DNA from: Clostridia bacterium
GTDB taxonomy: Bacteria > Bacillota > Clostridia > Oscillospirales > CAG-272
Direction of reading: 5' to 3'
DNA length: 64,000 nucleotides
Assembly (NCBI GenBank): GCA_017451915.1
Contig: JAFTNJ010000031.1
Coordinates: forward strand, 14,656-78,655
Below the pieces are notes generated by a model, which was given only the letters and a program-made list of their open reading frames with translations, was not told the origin of the DNA and did no database searches. This document shows positions 8,469 to 15,717 of the stretch, one piece after another (position 1 is the first letter of the stretch; the number at the start of each line of letters is the position of its first letter). The position numbers and the translations under genes were made by a program.

Positions 8469-9674
8469 TCAGGAATTGGGCTTGGCGGGGAATTGCAGAT
8501 CGGTCAGGATCGGGCAGTGATCGGAGGTGTAGATGGTCTTTTGAGTCCCGTCCACGGCGGTGATGGTGGCCTTGCCCGAGCAGGTGCGGTAGACCGCCAC
8601 GGTAAAGCCTTCCTTGGAAATGAAGATGTAGTCCAGCTTGTTGCCCCGCTTGGTTTCGTTGGGAGAGGGATAGTTGTCCCCTTGGGCGGCATCCTCAAAG
8701 GCCAGGTTCATGGAGCTCTGGGTGTAGCCAAAGCTCTTTTTGGCAACCAGGGAGGTATCGGTGTAGCTCTTTAAAACCTCTTTGTGAATATCCGAGTCGG
8801 GAATATCGTTGAAGTCTCCCGAGATCGTAACCAGCAGATCCTCGTAGTTGGACTCGATGATCGCGATCTGCTTTTGGATCAGGTGGAACTGCTTGATGCG
8901 CTCCAGGTTCCGCAGCTGTGTAAATGCCTTGGTGGCGTAGTCGGCGTTGGGGCTTCGATGCTGCAGGTGGGTATTGACGTAGAGCACGGGCTGTCCCTCA
9001 ATCTCAAATACGGCGTAGGTCATGCGACGCTTGTTGAGATACTGATAGCCGCCAGAGGACTGGAGTACACCGTCATCGTCGATGTAATTGCGACGGGTGG
9101 AGGTGAGAACCGTGTTTTGCATGGCGGAGGTCAACTGGAGTTGGGTCAGATATTCGGCCGAGAGCTGATAGGCGCCGTTTTCCTCAAACAGATCCCGGAT
9201 GGTCAGTGCCGCGCCGGGCTCTCCGGAGTCGGTGAGCCAAAAGCTACCGCTTTCCAGGAGCTTCATGTCGCTCTTATACCAAATGGAGCAGTTTTCGCCG
9301 GAGGCAATGGTGTTATCATAGAGAACGGTGTAGCCGTGCTCCTCAAGATCCAGTACGTCGATCCATGCGGGGGCATCCTCCTGCAGACCGAGTACGTCGG
9401 GATTGTGATTCAGGATCTCTTGGCGAATGGCGATGATGCGGTTTTTCGTTGCGTCGGTCAGGCTTCCGTCGCCGTTTTTCGCCATGGTGCCCCAGATATT
9501 AAAGCTCATTACGCGCAGGGTCGCGGTGGTGGGCTCCTCGGGGGTAGGATCGGCCGTGGTTTGCGCGGCCACTGTCGTACTGTTGGCAGGTGGGACGGGG
9601 GAGGGGGTGCAGGCGGTCAGCGCGGAGCACAGTAAGCATCCGCCAAGGAGGAGCGCGAGAAGTTTCTTCAGCAT
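8469..9674 (-). CDS. Endonuclease/exonuclease/phosphatase (EEP) family lipoprotein
   Basis: MLKKLLALLLGGCLLCSALTAC is a lipobox-type signal. EEP motifs are present: RVMSFNIWG, DVLGLQE, SDHCPI. The start is trimmed to ATG 9674. Confidence 0.8.
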   Translation of the reverse strand: MLKKLLALLLGGCLLCSALTACTPSPVPPANSTTVAAQTTADPTPEEPTTATLRVMSFNIWGTMAKNGDGSLTDATKNRIIAIRQEILNHNPDVLGLQEDAPAWIDVLDLEEHGYTVLYDNTIASGENCSIWYKSDMKLLESGSFWLTDSGEPGAALTIRDLFEENGAYQLSAEYLTQLQLTSAMQNTVLTSTRRNYIDDDGVLQSSGGYQYLNKRRMTYAVFEIEGQPVLYVNTHLQHRSPNADYATKAFTQLRNLERIKQFHLIQKQIAIIESNYEDLLVTISGDFNDIPDSDIHKEVLKSYTDTSLVAKKSFGYTQSSMNLAFEDAAQGDNYPSPNETKRGNKLDYIFISKEGFTVAVYRTCSGKATITAVDGTQKTIYTSDHCPILTDLQFPAKPNS

Positions 9675-9716
9675 AAGCAGATTCCTTTCGTTAGCGTTTT
9701 GAAAAATACTATCTTC

Positions 9717-9744
9717 ATTATACCACGGTTTTGGCGGATTGCAA
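9717..9744 (-). promoter_or_regulatory. Promoter of the EEP lipoprotein gene
   Basis: TTGCAA-N16-(TGg)TATAAT. Confidence 0.55.
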
Positions 9745-9852
9745 CTTTTTTTGGCGCATTTCTCCAAAAAGAGCAAGATAGCAATAAAAAGACAAAATAT
9801 TGCAAGTCTTGATCCTTGAAAGATTCTCCCACGGGCTTTTTTGAAAAAACTA

Positions 9853-9881
9853 TTGCAATTCCCGCGCAAATATGGTAGAAT
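9853..9881 (+). promoter_or_regulatory. Promoter of the HPrK-like/PqqD/peptidase operon
   Basis: TTGCAA-N17-(TGg)TAGAAT. Confidence 0.6.
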
Positions 9882-9915
9882 AAACGGGATCGGATGTGTG
9901 GAAAGGAGGAAGCAT

Positions 9916-10620
9916 ATGTTTATTATTCGTTTGGCAGGCGTTCGGATCCGCGTGGAGAATCGCTATTCCTTTTTGGAGCGTCAATGCCGCGAGTATGTTT
10001 GCTCGGGTGAGGAGTACGATTTTTCGGTGTCGGTTACCGGCGACGAGATCCTGGAGGAGCAAAAGCACGGCGAGTTTTCGGAAGGGTATTGCGAGAGCAT
10101 TTGTATGTATCGGAATATTTGTGAGAAGATCGCCGCGTACAATATCTTTCTTCTACATTCCTCCGTGCTGGAGGTGGACGGCCGTGCCTATGCCTTTGCC
10201 GCGCGGAGCGGCGTGGGCAAATCCACCCATACCGCCCTTTGGCTCAAGAACATTCCCGGAGCACGGGTGCTCAATGGAGACAAGCCCTTGTACCGTCTGG
10301 AGGCGGACGGCAGCTTTACGGTGCACGGCACCCCCTGGAACGGCAAAGAGGATTGGGGCATGAACCTTTCGGCCCCTGTGGCGGGCATCTGCTTTTTGGA
10401 GCGGGGAGAGAAGAACGCCATTCGTCCCGCCACGCCCGAGGAAACCCTGAACCGCCTGATGCACCAGCTCTATTTGCGCGGCGGACGGGCATCGGTTAAT
10501 CAACGCTTGATCATGATGAACGCCATGCTGGAGAGCCTGCCCTTTTACGTGCTGTCCTGCACCATTTCGGACGAGGCGGCTCATCTTGCGTATAACACCA
10601 TGCGCTTACAATCGAATTAA
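9916..10620 (+). CDS. P-loop protein resembling the HPr-kinase-related kinases that accompany PqqD-type RREs
   Basis: The P-loop is ARSGVGKSTH. An AAGGAGGA RBS precedes ATG 9916. It is the first gene of a tightly packed operon with the PqqD-like gene. Confidence 0.45.
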   Translation: MFIIRLAGVRIRVENRYSFLERQCREYVCSGEEYDFSVSVTGDEILEEQKHGEFSEGYCESICMYRNICEKIAAYNIFLLHSSVLEVDGRAYAFAARSGVGKSTHTALWLKNIPGARVLNGDKPLYRLEADGSFTVHGTPWNGKEDWGMNLSAPVAGICFLERGEKNAIRPATPEETLNRLMHQLYLRGGRASVNQRLIMMNAMLESLPFYVLSCTISDEAAHLAYNTMRLQSN

Positions 10621-10635
10621 AAGGAGGATACGATC

Positions 10636-10902
10636 ATGAGAATCAATCCGGATTTTACTATTCAAAAGGTGGGAGCGTCCTACTTGGCGGTTCCCGTTGG
10701 AGAGACCAGCAAGCAGTTTCACGGAATGATCCGTTTGAATGAAACGGGTGCCTTTCTTTGGAATCAAATGACCGAGAAGGACTGCACCGAGGCCGATCTG
10801 GTAGAGGCACTGTTGCAGGAATACGAGGTTGAGCCGGCCGTTGCCAAGACCGACGTTCACCGTGTGGTAGAGCTGCTGAAGGAGCATCACTGCCTGGTAT
10901 GA
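10636..10902 (+). CDS. PqqD-family protein (RiPP recognition element / peptide chaperone)
   Basis: 88 aa with a typical PqqD pattern (LNETGAFLWNQM...EADLVEALLQEYEV...AKTDVHRVVELLKEH). An AAGGAGG RBS precedes it. Confidence 0.8.
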   Translation: MRINPDFTIQKVGASYLAVPVGETSKQFHGMIRLNETGAFLWNQMTEKDCTEADLVEALLQEYEVEPAVAKTDVHRVVELLKEHHCLV

Positions 10903-11345
10903 GCATCAGTATTGAGGAGCAGCTGCGGCAGGAAGGGGTCTATGTGAGTACCACGTCGGGGGTGAGTATGTGGCCCATGCTCCGCAACCGACGGGATCGG
11001 GTGATCCTGCGTGCCAAGGGGGAGGAACGGCTCAAGCGTTGGGATCTGCCCCTGTACCGGTATCCCGACGGTCGCTACGTGCTGCATCGCGTGATTGCCG
11101 TAAAGGACGGCTACTACGTGATCCGCGGGGACAATACCTATTCCAAGGAGAAGATCCCCGAGGAGTGGATTTTAGGCGTGGTGACCGAGTTTTATCGTGG
11201 GGAGAGGCACGTGATGGCCAATGCCCGCGGGTATCGCTTTTATGCCGCCCTGTGGCAGAGCATCTACCCGTTGCGCTATCCCTTGCATATGGCCAGATGT
11301 CTGGCATCCCGGATCAAGCACCGCTTGTGGAAAAAGAAGAAATAA
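10899..11345 (+). CDS. S24/S26-family (signal-peptidase/LexA-like) serine peptidase. It is a soluble form with His at the general-base position.
   Basis: GVSMWPML Ser motif, YVLHRVIAV, and an RGDN box. No N-terminal TM segment is present. Its start overlaps the PqqD stop by ATGA. Confidence 0.7.
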   Translation: MSISIEEQLRQEGVYVSTTSGVSMWPMLRNRRDRVILRAKGEERLKRWDLPLYRYPDGRYVLHRVIAVKDGYYVIRGDNTYSKEKIPEEWILGVVTEFYRGERHVMANARGYRFYAALWQSIYPLRYPLHMARCLASRIKHRLWKKKK

Positions 11346-11408
11346 AAAGGAAGTTGGGCGTCAGGCCTGCACCCGTGGTGCGCGCCGATTCCAATTTCCT
11401 TTTTGTGT
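11346..11408 (+). terminator. Long-loop hairpin plus T-run between the peptidase and M48 genes. It could be a terminator or an attenuator.
   Basis: AAAGGAAGTTGG...CCAATTTCCTTT stem followed by TTTTGTGTT. Confidence 0.4.
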
Positions 11409-11428
11409 TGGGAAAGGAGTTGTGACGA

Positions 11429-11992
11429 ATGGAATATCAGGTGATCTACAGTCGGCGTCGCACGCTGGCGCTGGAGATTGGAGCCAAGGGACTTTTGGTG
11501 CGTGCTCCTTACGGCACCGAAGCGTCGGCGGTGGAGCGGTTTGTAGAGGCGCATCGGGGCTGGATCGAAAAGCATCTGGCCGTACGGAACCGCCGCGCCG
11601 CGGAGCAAAAGGAAATCCCGCCCCTGACCCGTGAGGAGCTGACTGCCTTGGCCGAGGAGGCGGCAAGGATCCTGCCCGCCCGCGTAGCGCATTACGCCGC
11701 GCAGATCGGCGTGAGCTACGGAAGGATCACCGTGCGCAGTCAGCGCACCAAATGGGGCAGTTGTTCGGCCAAGGGGAATTTGAATTTTAACTGCCTGCTC
11801 CTGCTGGCACCGCCCCAGGTGTTGGATTGCATTGTGGTGCACGAGCTTTGTCACCGAAAGGAAATGAATCACTCTCCCCGGTTTTATCGGGAGGTTTATC
11901 GGGTTTATCCCGCTTATGACCAATGGAACCGATGGTTAAAGGAGAACGGCTTTCGCCTCCTTGCCCGCCTGCCCCAAAAAGAGCCCGAATGA
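11429..11992 (+). CDS. YgjP-like (DUF45/M48 family) zinc metallopeptidase
   Basis: HELCHRKEMNHSPRF (HExxH) motif. A GAAAGGAG RBS precedes it. Confidence 0.8.
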   Translation: MEYQVIYSRRRTLALEIGAKGLLVRAPYGTEASAVERFVEAHRGWIEKHLAVRNRRAAEQKEIPPLTREELTALAEEAARILPARVAHYAAQIGVSYGRITVRSQRTKWGSCSAKGNLNFNCLLLLAPPQVLDCIVVHELCHRKEMNHSPRFYREVYRVYPAYDQWNRWLKENGFRLLARLPQKEPE

Positions 11993-12013
11993 AGCTTCAT
12001 TCGGGCTCTTTTT
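11975..12013. terminator. Bidirectional terminator between convergent genes
   Basis: 28-nt perfect palindrome GAGCCCGAATGAAG/CTTCATTCGGGCTC flanked by A- and T-runs. Confidence 0.8.
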
Positions 12014-12017
12014 GCAT

Positions 12018-12728
12018 TTATTTGAAATAATAGAGAAAGCTCATATCGCACGCGGCGTATTCCTCGGGGGTCAGCCATTTGTCATTGGAATCGTCAAAAT
12101 CTTTTTCGGCTTCGTTGTAATAGGACACCGAGTAGCAGTAGAGATTGGTTTCGGAGTAGAAGGTGATGGAGGCGCGGGTTTCGGGAACCAGGGCTCCGTC
12201 CTCGGTCCAGAGATACTTGGTGGTGGTATCGGTGGTAATGGTGGCGGCCTGAACGTCGGCGTACTCCTTGTCCTGCTGGAAGCTGTGGGTAAAGGCAAAC
12301 ACGGCCTTCAGCTTTTCGTCGGTTTGAATATTGCACAGCCCCGTAAGAGCCTTCGATGCCACGTAGTCACCGCTTTCGGGATCCTTGAGCCAACAGAGAT
12401 AGGAGCGACAGTCACCGGCAACGCCGTCCACGATCATCACGTCCAGATGTCCGTCAAAGTTTAGATCCAATACCTGAAGCCCGTAGGTGCCTCGCAGACT
12501 TCCCACCTTGCGGTCCACGCGGACCGTCGTGGTCCAGAGCAGGGCATCGCCCTGCTTGATCACCAGCTGCTTGGCCCGTGTTCCCGAGCCGCGAACACAA
12601 TAGGTGACGCCGTCTACCTCCGTGGAGTAGAGCAGGTCGTGCCGCTCGCCGCCGCAGGAGGCGAGCAGGGGCAGGAGCAGGATGGCGGAGAGAAGAAACA
12701 AAAGGATTCGATATTTCATAACTTCCAT
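12018..12728 (-). CDS. Hypothetical lipoprotein
   Basis: The signal peptide carries an LLASCGG lipobox. An alternative start is ATG 12719. Confidence 0.65.
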   Translation of the reverse strand: MEVMKYRILLFLLSAILLLPLLASCGGERHDLLYSTEVDGVTYCVRGSGTRAKQLVIKQGDALLWTTTVRVDRKVGSLRGTYGLQVLDLNFDGHLDVMIVDGVAGDCRSYLCWLKDPESGDYVASKALTGLCNIQTDEKLKAVFAFTHSFQQDKEYADVQAATITTDTTTKYLWTEDGALVPETRASITFYSETNLYCYSVSYYNEAEKDFDDSNDKWLTPEEYAACDMSFLYYFK

Positions 12729-12745
12729 ACCTTTCGGTGTTTGTG

Positions 12746-13099
12746 AGGTGCAGCTCCGTCTGTAAGCCGGGTTCTGTCAAGGGCGGTCATCAATCTGCGC
12801 ATGCCGTCACCGGAATGCTTCGGGATCACTCCCGTGCCACCTCGGAACATATGCCGGACCAGCGTTCCCTGGGGTGTTGCTTCGGATAGGGTTTACAGCG
12901 GACCTATGTTACCATAGGAACTGGTGAGCTCTTACCTCGCCTTTCCATCCTTACCGATTGCTCGGCGGTTTATTTCTGTTGCACTTTCCCGACGGTTACC
13001 CGTGGCTGACGTTATCAGCTATCCTGTCCTGTGAAGCCCGGACTTTCCTCACGGTAATACCTTTCGGCACCATACCGCGCGATCGCCCAACGAAGCTGC
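12746..13099 (-). ncRNA. rnpB: RNase P RNA
   Basis: Conserved GAGGAAAGUCCGGGC (reverse complement of 13036-13050) and ACAGAACCCGGCUUA (reverse complement of 12762-12777). The P1 helix pairs GCAGCUUCGU with ACGGAGCUGC. A consensus promoter lies 7 nt upstream. Confidence 0.9.
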
Positions 13100-13105
13100 G
13101 GCTTT

Positions 13106-13134
13106 ATTATACCGCATTTTGCGTCTTTTGTCAA
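13106..13134 (-). promoter_or_regulatory. rnpB promoter
   Basis: TTGACA-N17-TATAAT. Confidence 0.8.
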
Positions 13135-13144
13135 GAGCGGGACA

Positions 13145-13175
13145 GAAAAAGCCGCCCGCAAGGCTTGCGGGCGGC
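13145..13175 (-). terminator. Terminator of the thiT operon
   Basis: GCCGCCCGCAA/TTGCGGGCGGC hairpin followed by T5. Confidence 0.85.
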
Positions 13176-13186
13176 AGGGGAAGCGT

Positions 13187-13384
13187 TTACTTGGATTGGT
13201 CGGTAGGGACCTTGGGATAAAAGGTGGCAAAATATTTGGCAATGGGGGTGCTGAAATACCAGATGCAGGAAATCAACATTCCGCCAAGACCCACCCACAC
13301 CAGCTCCGAGCCGGCCACCAACGCGCATCCCGCAAGGATCGCGCCGGAGATCAGAAGGGAGCAGAAAAACAGGGGGCTTTTCAT
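13187..13384 (-). CDS. 65-aa predicted two-TM membrane protein, translationally coupled to thiT
   Basis: Sequence MKSPLFFCSLLISGAILAGCALVAGSELVWVGLGGMLISCIWYFSTPIAKYFATFYPKVPTDQSK. Its start overlaps the thiT stop by ATGA. A terminator lies 12 nt after its stop. Confidence 0.6.
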   Translation of the reverse strand: MKSPLFFCSLLISGAILAGCALVAGSELVWVGLGGMLISCIWYFSTPIAKYFATFYPKVPTDQSK

Positions 13385-13992
13385 TCCGGATCCCCCTCTT
13401 TGACGGTGGGAACCTGGGCAATGATGCGTTTGACCTGAGGCACCTTTAAGAGAATGGCCGCCATGACGGTGGTCAGAACCGTTTCGGGGAGCATATAAAT
13501 GCCGTTGTAGCAGATCGAATAGAGCACGGGGCGGTTGATCCATTCCTGTCCAAAGGCAACGAACTCCTCCAGATTGGCCCAAAGAACCACGCCGGCCACA
13601 AAATGCACCAGGAAGCGGAGCACGCAGACCATGGCCACACCGGCCACCATGCCAAGGTATCCCTTTTTGCGAAAGAGTCCGGCCAATCCCAGCACGGTAA
13701 AGGCCAGGATGTAGTCCAAAAAGAGGGAGGCGATCAGCATCCCGGGGGTCAGCCCCCAGGCAAAGACGCCGCCCTGCAGGATCTGGAACCAGGAGTAGCA
13801 AAAGGCGGTACCCAGTCCCCATTTCAGCCCGTATTTGATGGACACCAGGCAGATGGGGAGCATGGAAAAGAGGGTGATGGATCCGTCAAAGGGAAGCTGC
13901 CAGAACTTGATGTAGCTTAGTACCACGGCCAGAGCCAGCATCAGGGCACATTCACAAAGCGCAATGATCCTCGACAATCGTGTTTTTAACAT
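13381..13992 (-). CDS. thiT: Thiamine transporter ThiT (ECF S-component, YuaJ-like)
   Basis: A multi-TM protein lying downstream of a TPP riboswitch. AGGAGGTG RBS precedes the ATG at 13992. Confidence 0.8.
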   Translation of the reverse strand: MLKTRLSRIIALCECALMLALAVVLSYIKFWQLPFDGSITLFSMLPICLVSIKYGLKWGLGTAFCYSWFQILQGGVFAWGLTPGMLIASLFLDYILAFTVLGLAGLFRKKGYLGMVAGVAMVCVLRFLVHFVAGVVLWANLEEFVAFGQEWINRPVLYSICYNGIYMLPETVLTTVMAAILLKVPQVKRIIAQVPTVKEGDPE

Positions 13993-14005
13993 AAAAACAC
14001 CTCCT

Positions 14006-14045
14006 AAAATAGAAATTGACCGCACGAAATCTCCGTGCGGTCAAT
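14006..14045 (-). terminator. Riboswitch expression-platform terminator
   Basis: ATTGACCGCACG/CGTGCGGTCAAT hairpin followed by UUCUAUUUU, immediately before the RBS. Confidence 0.75.
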
Positions 14046-14098
14046 TCGCTATGACGAGGAAAAAAGCGTCGACTTTCTTTTTTCGTCCATCTATGGAA

Positions 14099-14186
14099 AT
14101 CTCCCTACGCCGGTATTATCCGTATCAGGTAAAAGGGTTCGGCGTACGCCATCTCAGCCCTCCGTTGCAGGAGAGCACCCCCGATT
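14099..14186 (-). promoter_or_regulatory. TPP (THI-box) riboswitch aptamer
   Basis: GGGGUGC...CUGAGA...ACCUGAUACGGAUAAUACCGGCGUAGGGA. Confidence 0.9.
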
Positions 14187-14203
14187 TTATGCGGTTCGAT
14201 GGT

Positions 14204-14232
14204 ATTATAGCACAGGATCTCCCGTTTGTCAA
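14204..14232 (-). promoter_or_regulatory. Promoter of the TPP riboswitch and thiT
   Basis: TTGACA-N17-(TGc)TATAAT. Confidence 0.8.
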
Positions 14233-14243
14233 GAGGCTTGGAA

Positions 14244-14285
14244 AGAAAAAAAGAGCACGGGAAGAAGATTCTTCCCATGCTCTTT
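14244..14285 (-). terminator. Terminator after the PPIase gene
   Basis: AAGAGCATGGGAAGA/TCTTCCCGTGCTCTT hairpin followed by T7. Confidence 0.8.
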
Positions 14286-14299
14286 TGGGGGACGGGGGA

Positions 14300-15655
14300 T
14301 CAATAATAGAAGTTGATGCCCACGGTCAGCATATCGGGCGTGTCGACCCAAACCTTTTCGTTTATCTTGATGTCACCGTAGTAGGATTGGCAGAGCTCCA
14401 GGAAAAGGGAATCGATGAGGTTGGTGTTAAAGTCCTCAAACCAAGCGGTATTTTCTTCCTTTTCATAGGCTTTTTCGGAGTGGGGATATTTTTTGATCAC
14501 GTGGAAGCCGTAGGTGGAGGATACCAGGGTGACGTCGCCGTCCTCCATGGTGGCAAGAGCCTTAATGATGTCGTCCAGATACTCGTAATCCTCTCCCGAG
14601 GCCGAATAATCCAGGCCGGATTTGAGATAGTAGCCGTCCAGGTACTCGTTGGGAGTGCCCATGGCATCGTTTTCCTCGGTCATGATCTTTTCAAAGTCCT
14701 CGTAGGTGGAGCCCTTGAGGGTAGTGTTCAGGGCCTCGGCCTTCAGGGTCAGCTCCTTCAGCTCGTCCTCGGTCAAAAATTCGGTCTTGTAGGATTTCCC
14801 GTCCTCCTCCATGACGTGGGAGGGGATGCCGTTGACGCTGTCGTAGGCAATGGTCTTGAACTGGCCGTCGTTCACAAAGTAAACGGTATCGCCGTTGGCG
14901 TCGGTGATGGGGGTGCCGTCCTCCTTGGTCCCGGGAACGCCGTTGCCGCTGTCGTAGCAGATGTGCCCCTTCTGGGAGCTTTCCTCATCGTAGTAGTAAA
15001 TGGTGTCACCGTTTTTGTCGGTTTCATAGACGTAGTTGTACTTGGGGAGGAAGATCTGATGGAAGTGCACGTAATTCTCGGCCAGATACTCGTCCTTGAC
15101 GTTGGAGCCGATCAGGGAGGCGTTCTTGCCGTACAGATGGAGCTGGAGCGCCGAGATCTTTTCCTGCATCAGGTAGATCCCCTCCAGAATATCGTAGTTC
15201 ACGCCGTAGGCGGACAGGAGGGAGTTGAGCTTGGTTTTGGAGCCGTCGCCGTCGGTGCGGATCAGCTCATCCATCAGGTCGGCCACGTTTTCGTAGGCCT
15301 CCTCGGTCAGCTCCAGCCCCTCGGCTTCAAAAAGGTAGAGGGCCACCAGGTAGTTGCGGCAGTTGTTCAGTACGCTGTCCTTGTAGAACTCATTCAGGGT
15401 CTGAAAATTGGTGCCGTCGTATTTGTCCTTTTGATTCCAAAAGCTTTGGTCGTTGACCTGATACTGATACTGGGAAAGGGTTCCCTTGATGCGGCTGAGC
15501 ATCAGCTCGTATTCGTTGGCCGAGAAGGTGACCGAAATGCCATCCTTACTCATGGAGAGCAGGGTTTTGCCTCTTCCGGAGCAGGCGCACAGGCAGGTGA
15601 GTGCCATCACGGCGACCAGGAGCAACGCAAGGAGGCGGCGGGTGTAGGATTTCAT
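14300..15655 (-). CDS. PrsA/SurA-like peptidyl-prolyl isomerase lipoprotein (PpiC/parvulin type)
   Basis: Lipobox LCACSG. The parvulin-like motif GFHVIKKY is present. Its position downstream of mfd is typical for Clostridia. Confidence 0.7.
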   Translation of the reverse strand: MKSYTRRLLALLLVAVMALTCLCACSGRGKTLLSMSKDGISVTFSANEYELMLSRIKGTLSQYQYQVNDQSFWNQKDKYDGTNFQTLNEFYKDSVLNNCRNYLVALYLFEAEGLELTEEAYENVADLMDELIRTDGDGSKTKLNSLLSAYGVNYDILEGIYLMQEKISALQLHLYGKNASLIGSNVKDEYLAENYVHFHQIFLPKYNYVYETDKNGDTIYYYDEESSQKGHICYDSGNGVPGTKEDGTPITDANGDTVYFVNDGQFKTIAYDSVNGIPSHVMEEDGKSYKTEFLTEDELKELTLKAEALNTTLKGSTYEDFEKIMTEENDAMGTPNEYLDGYYLKSGLDYSASGEDYEYLDDIIKALATMEDGDVTLVSSTYGFHVIKKYPHSEKAYEKEENTAWFEDFNTNLIDSLFLELCQSYYGDIKINEKVWVDTPDMLTVGINFYY

Positions 15656-15688
15656 AATGTTTTTGATTCCTTTCCAAAGGATAGTACT

Positions 15689-15717
15689 ATTATACAGGAT
15701 TTTTTGGGATTTGTCTA
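15689..15717 (-). promoter_or_regulatory. Promoter of the PPIase gene; it overlaps the mfd stop
   Basis: TAGACA-N17-TATAAT. Confidence 0.5.

Noticed and set aside
9675-9915. Looked for a precursor-sized ORF in the divergent region between the EEP gene and the RRE operon
   Set aside because: Only a 16-codon minus-strand frame is present, starting right after the -10 box of the EEP promoter. It has no RBS and overlaps the EEP start out of frame.
13187-13822. 211-aa ORF overlapping thiT
   Set aside because: Only the last 65 codons, from the ATG at 13384, look real. The upstream part is an out-of-frame shadow of thiT.
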